64,000 nucleotides of DNA from the NCBI GenBank assembly GCA_904063045.1, contig CAJFCJ010000036.1:124001-188000 (forward strand), in the 5' to 3' direction. The position numbers were made by a program, and so were the translations under genes. This DNA comes from Dimorphilus gyrociliatus (Eukaryota > Animalia > Annelida). The notes under the pieces were generated by a model, which saw only the letters and a program-made list of their open reading frames with translations, ran no database searches and was not told where the DNA came from. Shown here piece by piece: positions 37,307-50,130 of the stretch; the first letter of the stretch is position 1, and each line of letters opens with the position of its first letter.

Positions 37307-40300
37307 TCAATTGTCAGTTTTCTCATTCTCATTCTTCAAATACATGAGCATTGCTTCCCTCTCGTCCAATAGAAAAGTCTGTTCCAATTCAATGCCCCTA
37401 CTGCTTCTGCAATCCGGACATCTTATAGTACAGCAATACCATAATAAATGGATAACATTTAGAGGAGGTGGGAGAAAAGGTTTCCTAATATATTCATTTA
37501 TCAATTCAAATCTTTGATACTTGTAAATGATTTCAGATTCACTTTCAACTTTTTCATATGTACTCGAAAACATGGCAATTAGTAGATTCAGTAGTAGAAT
37601 ATTAACAATCACCATATATATGGCGAATAGGATGAGAGCTAGCCACGATTTTTCAGGGCAAGAATTATTACAATCTTGGTTATTTCCCTCAATATCGTCC
37701 AAGAAAAGTTCACCATACATTTGCCAATAGGGTTTATAGATAATATTCTTTAAGAGATTCCAATCTAATGATGCATTAGGATGCCTTAATCCTTGACTTA
37801 CTACGCCATACGACAGCATGAATATGGTGAGAATGACCATGAATTGAAATAGGTTTTTAAGCATTTTTTGAACCATAATCAGTTTCGGACCAGTTACCTC
37901 AGATACATAGCAAATTTGAAGTAGTCCTATATAGAAGCATCCTAATGACAGGCAGAAAAAATTCCTAACCCATGAAAATCGTTCCAACGGAAGAGAAATT
38001 CTAAGGATAAACGCCAATGTAAACATAAAGTAGGAAGAACAATCCAAAATATTCCAAGAATCTTTAAAATATTCCATTTTCATTGTTAAAACCTGAATAA
38101 CAAAGATTTGATTTAAAAATTACAATTGTTCTCTTTTTTACATTTTCGTCATACTTGATAAATTTCCTCTAAAATCAAGCTAAATACCCATATTGTGGTC
38201 AATATTTCCAATATACTAGGTCTACTCTTCTCTGTCCAAGGGTGAAGATCAGTTAATACAAAACAAGTGAAACATCCAATAAAAATCAAGTTAGTTATCT
38301 AATAATAAAAATAATATTAACAATAGATGAAAGAATTGTTTAAAAAGAAAAAGAAACAAACCATTCTTAACCAAAATTTAACTATTGGAGCATAGAAGAA
38401 GAGTAATAATTTACTGTTGTTAAAACAACAGCGTTTCAATCTACTACCATCTTGTTCTATGCCTTTGAATGATAGTAAATATTTTACAAAAATTGGAGAG
38501 AAAACTGGTAATAAGAGGCATAAGAGTAGTGTTAAAAGTATTTTAAATGTTGAATTATCATAATGAATCTTTCCAATCCACATTTCACTTAATAAAGTCT
38601 GACAAGCAGGATTTGAAATAAAAAATTTAGAATTTGTTGCCTTTGAAAGATCCAAAACTGATTGAGTACCCCATTGAAGTTTTGGAATTGCTAATAGGTT
38701 ATGAGCAGTTTCTCTACTAGTTTTATAAACTTGTTCCAATGTTCCATAAGACCTTTTTTCCCATATATCCGACCAATATTTTAAATTATCCGCCATGTTG
38801 ATTTCGTGATGTTTTCTTGCAGTTGTTGACAAACTTAGCAATATACCTTTTGATAGTAAACCCAACATTACAACGCTCTTTTTCCCTTCTCTCCACAAGA
38901 CGTAAGCAATATCTTGATGATTATACAAAATAGCCCAATTAAAGATGGCCAATGGTATATCAAGATGATTGAAGATGACGCACCGTTCAAAATTCAAAAA
39001 TTGATTTCTATCAATTATATATTTAGTGTACAAGCGTTTCAAATCTTGTTTAAGGAATTGTTGGCCCTGAAATTCCGTAGAAGATATTTCATTTGTAAAA
39101 TTTTTCAACAGAAATGAATGAGAAGATTTCTTCCTTGACATCATTTTATACAATTTAACAATGTCATCACAACTAGTGATTAGTTTATAAAAGTAACCGG
39201 ATGTTAGATATTCTTCAACAATTAGAGAATTATTCCCAATTAGGGAATATAAGAGAAGTTTCTTTTGTTTCTCTTCATTCGAAGTTGCTCGTATGTAGTT
39301 TTTAGCTTGTTCTCTATCCTTTATAAAATCAACTGTTTCAAATAATAAACATAAATTTAACTTTCTTTCTGTGGTTTCTATATCATTCATAAAGAAATGA
39401 TTATATAATGAATCTTTTAATTGAATTATGGAATAACTTTCGTTAAAATCAACTAAATATTCCTTTTTTGAAAGGATCCTTTTTAAATTGCTATAACATT
39501 CGTTCACCTTTTCGTCATTATTCCCTAAACTGGAAAATGTTTCCTTAATTCTATTTAACCAAAATTCTTTATCTAAATCCTCTTCCCTACTTTTCAAATT
39601 AGTTTGTTGGTCGAAACAAAACTGCGAAATTAGCTTAGCAGCGCCATCTAGTCCTGGAAATACTATAATTGTTTCATTTTTTTCCAACCTAAGTAATACG
39701 TCTTTGATATCATTTTCGTCTCCTTTAGTTAAAAAGTAAACTTTGGGTACTTTTTCCAAAGGATCTATCATATCAATTGAATTTCTGACTTCTTGGACAT
39801 TTTTAAGTGCAATAACATCCGGTCCTGTTACAAATTCGTGATGAAAATATCGAAGACAGTTCCTGGAGCTATCAATGCAAATTACTGCGGATGTATCAAA
39901 TTCACAGAAAGCATTATCCAGCGAGAGTTTATCAACCAAATATAAATTTGACTTATCTAAATTACTCTCCAAAATCCAAGGATCCAAAGGAAGGAAGATG
40001 TGTTTGAAAATTGCGAAAAAATGGTCATAGTAATCCAGATCCCTTGACAAATGGCTGAAAGATATCAATAACTTCGGTTTTGTTCTATTTATCATTGAGA
40101 GAAATTGATCATTATGACACAAGTAGTCAATATCGCTCTCTAAAAATAGACTCACCCTTTGGAAGTTATTTATAATTGCAAAACTAACTCTATAAATGAG
40201 ATCAAATATAGATTTTATTCTTAAATCTTCATCAAAGTGATACATCAGCAAAAAATCAGAGTTTTGTTCAATTTTTCTTAGAGTACTAGTCATATCATTC

Positions 40301-41010
40301 GAAAGATTATAATCTTCTATATTTCTACTTTTATATACACAATTTTGCAACAATTCTAAACCAAATTTGCAAGTATTTTCAAATAGAATGACTGGTTCTT
40401 TGTTATTTAACGCTGCTCCAATTGTTTGTAAAGTTTCTCTATTAGTTCCGATAACGAACCGTACTACGGGGATATTATTACCATAGAGGCGTTTTATCTC
40501 TTGAACGATATGACTTTGAAAGTCGGTAAGCGTCTCTTTTGACAGAGCATCGTGAAAAACGTAAAAATCTTGATAGCAATTGAGCAACGTCTCCCTAGAA
40601 ATATCATACTTAATAAAAGACTTATCAAGTTTGAAGTTTGAATTCCATTCAGTTAATCCTATGCAGAATATTCGTTGTTCTTCACTAATAGAATTATATT
40701 CATGAACAATATCAGTAATCAATTCTGTCACTTCTCCATTTAAACCATCAGTTATGATTATTGGATTAAAGAGGTTAAAAATTAATTTAACGTCCTTTTT
40801 CAAGCGATTTTTAACATCTTGTTCAAAAAATAAATTATGAATCGTATTATTCAATTTAATAATTAAATGAGGTTTGAATTTTTCAAAATGTGATAAATCC
40901 TCTTTGGAAAATTCTTGAAAATTTTCTTTTAATATTCTTTTAAACGGTATTGACTTGTCAATTTGTTGATCATTTTCAAAAAATTCCACTTGCCCTTCCA
41001 GTACAATTTG
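37307..41010 (-). CDS. Divergent TRPM-family cation channel (at least 3 coding exons; first exon not found)
   Basis: MHR/SLOG motifs, MHR4 LFNWAILYNH..LW and FISNPACQTLLSEMWIG, S1 FFYAPIVKFW, small exon ~38140-38290 (LEILTTIWVFSLILEEIYQ), YFKDSWNILD, GPKLIMVQKML, pore KPYWQMYGELFLD, S6 ILLLNLLIAMFS, TRP box YKYQRFELINEY, PFLPPPLNVI. Confidence 0.9.
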
Positions 41011-42911
41011 CTAGAAATAAATTCAATATTAGATAAATTATTTGTATTCAGTATCTATTTTCATAACTATGAAGGTAACAGATTGTTAATATCATTCTAA
41101 AAGTCAGCTTTTTGCTGATGGGGTCACGTGTTCATATTATTTTAACAACTATAATACAAAATTCATTAAATTTCTACTCTAATTCGTGACAAAGAAATTT
41201 AGTGATAACCAAATAAAATCATAGCTATACCCCTCTCCTGGCTATTACAGATACAGTCACAGACAAAATCTTTCGTGCTATCTCTTTAGGCATGTTTTAC
41301 TAATTTTATCCAATTCACAAAATTGTGAAGGAGAGGGTAGCAGAGTGGAGAACCTACAAGAGATCTCTGAATTATCCGAATCTGAGATGCAGCAGAGAGG
41401 TGAGTGGGGTATCCTCCATCAAAATACAAGCAGGGTTAAATAAATATTTGTAAATGGCCACTGCAAAGAACAATGAACAAAACTGGGTGCCAAAAAAATT
41501 AAAGAACACCTTCCATCATGCAGGAGAAGTAGGATGTTAACATGTGCTTCAATTGGATACAAGAGTGTACTAATTAGAAAATAGTTATACTCTCAAATGG
41601 ATGTAGGTTTTCCCTTACTGGGCCTGATAATATTCAGACCTGGAGAAACTGTAATGAATTTCCATTGTTTTTGTTTATGAAACATAGCTACTTTGATTAG
41701 TTAAGAGGATAAAATTAATAAAAAATGCCAAAAATAGGAATCGCACGAAAAATGTCCTCTGTGACAGTTTACATATATTACTCTATTATACTTGAATAGA
41801 GTGGTTACAAGCAAAACATAGCTATCAGTGTAGACTAAAAAAGAGACAGATTATTATTCCTATAATAAGAAATAAATAGAGAAAAAAGGAGTTTCGAATA
41901 CCTTTTTATCCTGCATTACGTCTAGGGATTGGGACTTTTACAATTTTTAATCGACTAGTTCACTATGACTGACAATTGATACAAGAACATGGCGGCGTAG
42001 TATGAAATATTTATAAATGGGAGAATATATCAGCCTACATGTAATAAATATGATAAATGTTTGTTAGCTTTGCTTATACAAGTGAAAGTATACATAATTT
42101 AATAATTGTACTCAATGCTCTGTTAATCTAACCTGATTAATAACAATGTAATATGTTTCTATAGGCTGAATTAACCATTTTAACCTTATAGACCAGAATA
42201 TAGTTAATCTGAACAATAATACAGACATAGACAGACATCTTTTATAATTCCAAGTATGTATGAAACATTGGCTTTGTTTAAAAAATCCCTTGAACAGCTT
42301 GAAACATTTTTTTTAATAGTTGACAATTCCGTTCTAGATTTTGTGATTTATTATTAATAGTTGATAAGACACCAGAATTTTGCAGACATAGTCTTAAAAG
42401 GTCGGAAAAAAAATTAAATATTTTGTTGTAAAAACATTAATTAGTCAAAAAAAATTCCTATGTAGTCAAGTCAAATTCATTATTGATTATAGAACTGATG
42501 ATTTTCTAAATAGATATATAAATAGAACTGTCAATTTGGATAATAGTTCATTATTATTCCTTGGGAAAGATAATATTCAAAATTGAAAATGTTATGTTTC
42601 TGTGATGAACTAGATGGGTTTTTTGGTTCATGATTCACGAATCAGTACACGGAATACGAATCTCTTGTTTTGTGTTCTTGTTCTGGTTTATGTCCTAATA
42701 ACGGGTTAAGAATATAAGAAAGCGGGTGAATAGATGAGTAGGGGATTTTATGCGTTGAGGTTACAATGGAAAAAAAATAAATTATGACGGATAGCTATTG
42801 CAGCATATCTGCAATATTTAATTCTAATAATCTTTAGGCCCAAGTCATGTTTTCTTGTAAAAGAAATATAAACTGGTACATATTTAAAAACTTATACTGT
42901 TGATTTGTTCA

Positions 42912-45900
42912 TTAGCTAACATGTATTCTTTTCAAAAACACAAACATCTCCCCCAGTAAATGAACCAATAAGATCCAGATCAGGAGATGTTGGTGAATTG
43001 AATAAACAGCAAGTTTTATTAAGGAAATTATAAGAGAATAGATCCATTGAAAGTTTTTTCCAGTTTGTTATGCAATCCTCTATAGTTTGTTTCTCAATGA
43101 TTTTATTACAAACTGATAAATTAGGAGTTTTATGTTTTTTTAAGATTCCAATTTTTTTAGAGCATTTTTTTTTATTTTTAAAAGTGTCTTCGCCTGAAAA
43201 GAATGTTTGAAAGTAGTCAAAAATATAATGAAAAAATTATTAATTTTACTTGGTTCGATTGGTGAAAATAATTGAATTTCACAAATGTCAACATCATTTA
43301 AAAAATCAACAATTTCAATGCGAACTAGATCTCCAATTATCGCTTGGAAACAATTGATTTCAATAAGATAATTAACAGCTACCAATGTTGTAAAATTTGC
43401 ACAATTTATCCAGTTTGATGAGTCATCGCTTTGATTACCAACAAATATATTTAAACTTTTAAAATCTGAGAAAAAAATCAATTAGAGGAAAAATGTTGAA
43501 ATATTTAAATTTTTGTTACTATTTATAGAATCCTGTCTTGGTTGAATAAGAATTTGTTGAACAGCAGAATATTTATGAAAAGTTATAGTTAAGGAATCCT
43601 GATTTGAAAATGATAATCTTACACATGAAGATTCTGATGCAAAATCTCCGTCAATAACTTTTAAAGGACTTCTACCTGGTTGAAAGATATTTTTTTCAAT
43701 TTCTTTATTAAAATAAACTTCATTTAATAGAATTTTGTAAAGCGATTTTTCGTTTTTAATTAATTTTCCAAAAGTATAAAATTCATAGATTTCAATTCGT
43801 TTATTTCTTGAATTTTTTACTAGAACAAATCGACCAATATTTTCTATTATTGAACAATTCCAAATAACAATTTTTCCATATTCCAAATGATATATTGATG
43901 TTATTTCTTCACAATCCGAAGCAGTTATTGAATCTTCTTCATTTATCTTCGATCTTTCTTGGAAAAATTTGTAATCATTAAAGTATCTTTCAACATCTGT
44001 AACTGTTTTTTTTTTTTAAGAAATTATTTTAGAAAATTGCTCTTGTATAGGCCTAAATTTACCATCATCTCTCGCTCTCATTTTCACACCAACGTACTCA
44101 ATTTTGTATATGGCTAACAGATCAAAAATCATCCATCCATCTGTTGTTGCTACAGATGCAAATGACGTTTTACTAAAACCGTCTGTTGCGTAATAAGGAT
44201 AATTTTGATCTTGAACCGACGATAACCATACCGGTTTTCGCTCTGCTAAATTCTTTATATCTGTAAAAAAAAATATGTTCTACCAAAGAAAAGTTGTCTT
44301 TGTGTGTGTGTGTTTTTTTTACCTGTAAAATTTTGATATAAACCAAAAACTTCAATTTGAGAAATTGGTAATTCAAAAGGTGATTTAAGAACAACAAACA
44401 TTGCAAGTAGAACTTGCTCACAAGGTACGAATAGACTATTTTTATTATAACTTGTAGTTTCCCTCAATTCTCGGCATTTCTCATTTGATTTAACGGTTTG
44501 CTCTACGTAAAAGTTTCTATTTACGGAGAAAATTTCAAGATCCCAGTATCCAATACCTGAGAAATCAAAACCGTATATTAAATACTTTGCTCCAAGAAAG
44601 ACAGAAGTCCATGTTGACTTTCCGTGTATTCCCTTAGAATTCGTGTCAGTTAATCCATCTACTGCGTAACCTCCGAAATGTCCATCGTTTTGAACGCTCG
44701 ACATAAGAACATCCGCTTGAATGGCTAAATTACCTTTTAATCAAAAAGGAAAAAGAAATGAGTTATTGGTATGTATGTGCGTATGTGTCTTTCTTTGTCT
44801 AAAATATTAATAATTTACTTGTATATATTTCCAATTCGCAAATTTTCAATAGATTTTCAGATTGTAGCGCAACGTAACGTCCGTGTAAAACGTGTTTTTC
44901 ACATTCAACTATTAGTTTCTTACTGGTTAAAACCATTTCAGTACCTTTAGAACAATAACTATAATCCGTAGGTGGAAGGATGACGTCATTTGGAGGTTGA
45001 GATAATACAAAGATATCAACTGTTTGACTTGATGCTAAAAATTATAAAATGAGAGAATAATTCATTCTTTATTACCCGTTTATTTTAATACAAACTTTGA
45101 TTATCAGACAAATAAATAATAGTTTTTCTTATGTGAAAATTCTGCGTTAATTCTACAGCAATCCAAACGACAGAATCGCCTAATGATGTATCAGATTTTA
45201 CAACTGTGCAACCTCCTAAATTCAAATTTGAATTTTTCACACCATCCACCAAATGCTTTTTGCTATGTATTAATGTATTTGTGATTTCTCCGCGAAACGT
45301 AATAGGCCTATTCAAGGCTACATTATGCTGTCCAGGAGATAAAGTACCATAGCATAAATTCCTGTACGATTGCGAATTTGGATTGAGGATAAATTTTTTA
45401 GATTTTGACCGTTCGCTAACAACTTTCATTGCATTTTCTATATTAGAAATTGACAAACTTTTCATCCAATCTTCCTGATTTTCAAGTAATCCGTATCCGG
45501 TTAATGGGCATTTTGTAGATGTTGTCCACAAGTATTCAATACACTGCAATATATGATTAGTTTGTTGGTTAGAACTTCCACAAACTGATTCTTTTTTATC
45601 TATTTTGAAACAAATTTTTTGGTGTTTTATTCTTTTTTTATAATTTAAGATTGAATTTAACCTTTAAATATAATAGTATAGTATGTTTTTTCAGTAGTAG
45701 AAACTGGTAGAATTGGATAAGCTATAGTTGTTTTACCAGAACAAGAGATAATAGTGTTGTCAATATTATCAAATTCTAATTCAAAAGCTTCACAAAAATT
45801 GTCATTTGTACAAGTATTCAAACAATTCAAAGAAGATGTAGGATTCACTGTATTAAAAACATCTGTTCCTGATAGTGTTCCATTTAGAACAAAATACTTT

Positions 45901-46180
45901 AAACCTACAAAGAAAAAGTTTGACATAAACAAGAAACGCATTTCTTTTAAATTCTATATCCAATCAAATTACCTTCATCACAAATTGAGTAATTAAATGG
46001 ACTTTGACAAACGCAGACGCCATTTTGGCAATTTCCAACGTTTAAACAATCCTTTTTAGTGGTACAACCAACTGTTTATTGAGTACTAATGAAAAAATTT
46101 AAATTAAAAAAAAATATTGTTTTACTTTTACCAGTTAATTGAAAAAATGAGAGGAAAATGTAAAGAATATAAATATTCAT
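42912..46180 (-). CDS. Secreted multidomain protein: signal peptide, EGF-like, PAN, Cys/helical module, at least 4 F-type-lectin/discoidin-like domains, C-terminal PAN-like
   Basis: Signal exon MNIYILYIFLSFFQLT (ATG 46180); GCTTKKDCLNVGNCQNGVCVC; PAN LNCLNTCTNDNFCEAFEL; FTP-like NVALNRP..LVDG..CT..WIAVEL, SSVQNDGHFGGYAVDG, KNLAERKPVWLSS..YATDG..GWMIFDL, PLKVIDGD; last exon ends KRIHVS* at 42912. Confidence 0.7.
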
Positions 46181-48333
46181 TTCAAATGTTATCTTTCTAT
46201 CTCTCTCTTTTCAGCAGTTAATAAACAAGATAGTGAGCAATATACAGTCAAATCTTCTAACTCTAAATGAATGATATACTATCAAATTTCCTTCATTAGC
46301 AATTCATAGATCATTAAGAATAGGGTGAAAGAAATCTATGATATGTTTATTGGATATTTTTTCCTTAGAAAAGAAAGTGAGAAGCTATTGGGAATTATTT
46401 ATAGATGCCAAAAAGATTTTTAAAATGTTCTTATGTTATGTTTCATTTCAAATAATAGAAAATAAATCGTTTTTGTATAAATATTAACTGCTTATTAATG
46501 AACAATGTATTTTGAAGGGTAGAAATTTTATTGAACAGTTTCTAGTTATTTAAAATACTCAACAGGTTTATTGAATTGAACTTATTTATAGAATATTATT
46601 TAAAGCCTATTTGGCCTAGCATTGGCCTACTATTACTGTTTTCATTTCTACACTTCCAAGGTAAATGGAATGGAGGAAAAAAAGGAAAAGGCAATTGTTT
46701 TGCACTTGCAATAATTCAAAGTTAATATTTTTTTCAAATATATTTGAGTGAATTTCATCTTAATTACAAAAAAAACAGATAAATATGAATTTTTTTTGCC
46801 TGATCGTTTATCAGGAGCAATATATAAGGCAGAAGACAAGAGAAAACTGGTAGGGATTATACTTAAACTGAATACATATCATATAAATAACTTATTGTTT
46901 GATGTGATAAAAAAAGCTATTGTTGCCAGATATATTGGATTTGAAATAAACAATAAGCAAATATCTTATTACAAATGATCTATCATCAACTTAATTGATC
47001 AATTATTGATTAATTTGCACTTGCAAAAGAGTTATCACCTTAATGTATTACAATTAATTAAATTGACACTAAGATCTCTTGTAGGCCTATAATAGCAATA
47101 ATAATAATAAGTTGAAAATTAATCCAATTGTAATCTCTTATTTTTGAAATACAAGTTATAAATAATGAAGAAAACTATTCAATTGAGATCTACTGACTCA
47201 ATAGAATAATGTTATTAATATCATTGAATTTATTAAATTAATTATTAAAGTATGTATATTATTATTCTTTGTTGGACTGCTTTCACTTAAACAAATTTAA
47301 AGAATTTGAGAAATAAACTTTTATAAAAAATTTGTTATATGAATATGATGGATTGTTTGTTTGTTTTTTTCTTGCGGCCATTTGAAGATATTTTTGCAGA
47401 GGATTTTTTACAAATTTGAAAAATAAATAAATTTATATTTTGCAGATTAAATAAATCAAAAATGAATTTAAATGCCAATGTTTTGGAAATTACTTTGAGA
47501 TAGAAACCTTTATTTGGAAATTGATCAATGTAGGACCTATTGTTATCATTTTCCAAAATGTAGCTTTTTCAAAACGAAAGTGAATGTTAATCTTTTGATA
47601 TTCTTATGAAAAATATGGCGACCATAAGGTAATTTTTGAAGATTCAGATACTAATTGAATTGTATTAGCTAAGAAGCCACTATAAACTAAGGGAATGGAA
47701 ATTTTCCATAATTTTTGAACGTATCTTAGCTAATTTCAATATAAGAAACTGAAAGATAAAGATGGTATAATTTGTACTAAAAAGATCAGAGACATAGAGA
47801 TATTTTCATTGATGATGAGCCTTTTATTATCTAATTTCATTGGTGAAATACAAGAAATTAATATAATTACAAATACGAAAATCACAACAAATATTTGAAT
47901 ATACAAATTACAATACTTACAAACTTTGAACCACAAAATAATTCATATGATATCACTAATTGCAAAAAGTGCTAAATTTGCTGTTGATCATGATTATTCA
48001 TAAGCCATGCCAGTCCTCTAAAAATAACACCGAGACTGAAAAGATTAACTATAAATCATTAAACAAAGTACTGTTTAAAANTTACCTATTCGAACATTTC
48101 ACCCTGTTTTAAAAATTGGAAAAATAATTTTAATCCTAATGATATTTGTTGTCATGTTTTTATTGCTTAGCACATGGTTTTTTTCCTAAAAATGTAATTC
48201 TCACATTTGTACAAACAATTAATTATTAGGATGATCTGAATGATGTTTTCATTAATGAGAATGATTATTGCAGATATGACAGAAAATGCTTAAAAAATTA
48301 ATGCTATATTTATTGAATATTTGGTACATACTA

Positions 48334-49233
48334 TTATTCGAATGTATATGCGATATCATCTGCTGATTTCATTGAATTTGACCATTTAAATGAATATATT
48401 TTACCATGAAAATCCTTTCCACCACAGTAACCGAGGCATGTTCCTAATTTCAAATCACGAACTACAAAATTATTTGTGTTGGGTATATTAAGAAAGCCAT
48501 AATTAACGCCATTCAAGTAGTAGTAAAGCTTCCGTGTGCTACTTTCATACACAAAAGCATAATAATCAAAAGGGTCTTCATTTAGAGGTTTTAATACAAG
48601 TCCATTCTTTACTAGTTCAGTATTTAAAAGAATTAAACCCTTTCCCTGCAAGGAAAATTTAGGTGCGCTATGACTATCCCTATACAGATATATCTCCTGG
48701 GTGCTTGCATAACTAACAGGTAACATATATTTAAACACAACTTCTATTGAAAAATCCCCAGTGTAACTGCCAAAATCATTATCATGAAGAACCTATATAT
48801 GAAAATGAAACATTTTCAAGTTAATTAGATTTGATTCTTTTTCTTTCTTAACGAAAATATGCTATCTATATGCTAAACTATTATTATTGAATAAGTTAAA
48901 AAACAACAAACTTTCAAATAATTGCCATTCCCAAAGTAAATTGAACCATCTGCATTGAATTTTGCGCCAGAGCCAATAATAGTACCTTTTTTGTTCTTTC
49001 CACCAATGTCAAATAGTTCTGTGTTTGCTGATAAGTGTTCACTACCTGTTTTATCATACCAATCATATAATAGAACAGTGTGTGAATCTTTGAATAGGAA
49101 TTGTCTTCTTGATTCATCTGTTGAATCAAAAAAAGGAATAAAAATATATTTTCTTAATAAAATAGATTAAAAAATATTTACAAATATAAAAGTTGAGGAT
49201 AAAAAAAAGATAAAAATGCAACACTTTTCTCAT
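48334..49233 (-). CDS. Small secreted LamG/pentraxin-like (concanavalin-fold) protein, about 3 exons
   Basis: Signal exon MRKVLHFYLFFILNFYI (ATG 49233) splices in phase to ..GSIYFGNGNYLK; then DFSIEVVFK, AFVYESSTRKLYYYLNG and FHGKIYSFKWSNSMKSADDI, a LamG3-type pattern; stop at 48334. Confidence 0.65.
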
Positions 49234-49874
49234 TGCTTTCAATTCCAGAATGCATATTTGCTAACCTGTTGCTCACCTTTGAATTATTAAAAAGAGCAAA
49301 AATATCACAATTACCAATAATCAATAGCTATATTCAGTTCTGAAACTCTAATATTCATTAAGAATGAATAGCTTTATCTATGAATTGATAGCTCCTTGTA
49401 AATGAATTATTTTATTATTCATGTTCTTCTTGTTTTTAAATAATCTCTAAAAATCTATAAATATCTAAATACAGGAAATTTATCAGCCTAATGCATGTGG
49501 TAAAAGTAAGTAGTATTATGTATGGAAAAAAAGTATTGATTTCCGTAAATGTCAACTAAACTGGTGGATCAAGAAAAGGGATAATTATTTAAGAATAATC
49601 TAATAAATATTTATGTAATATTGAAAAAATTAAGGAAATAACGATATTTATGAATATTATAAGCAAAATATTTTTTTGTGATTTTCATCAATTTTTTCTT
49701 TACTTGTCTCAGCTTCATAATTATTGGAACATTCATTTGACATCTGGTTTGGCATTTAAATACACAGCTTTCGAATAGATGTGTTTTTTGACATATAAAC
49801 ATAGGTAGAGTAATGGACTGGGGGCTGATAACATTTGATGGTATTTATGAAATATTAACTTAAAACAGATAATA

Positions 49875-50063
49875 ATAAGGGGTCAAGGTTGATAAGGGGT
49901 CAAGTCACGCGGGATGACAGCTCGGATGATCACTGAATAGTGTCTGACAGACTTGTATAAGAACATCGATAAGTACGCTATGATCTGATAAATTGCTAAT
50001 TTGTGTGTTGATAAATGAATACAAAATACAAAAGGAAAAGATATTTTATTGACCCCTTATCAA
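49875..50063. repeat. Short element bounded by a perfect 15-bp inverted repeat (possible MITE remnant)
   Basis: TTGATAAGGGGTCAA at 49889-49903 and its reverse complement at 50049-50063; extra direct copy ATAAGGGGTCAAG at ~49875. Confidence 0.45.
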
Positions 50064-50130
50064 GACATAAACAAACACTGTTTCATGAATCAAGGTTCAT
50101 GAAACGCCAATCTCGAATCACCCTCACATA

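Noticed and set aside
46300-48300. Short ORFs, including a hydrophobic one at 47736-47936
   Set aside because: No consistent spliced model or motif could be built; left unannotated. It contains an ambiguous base (N at 48081).
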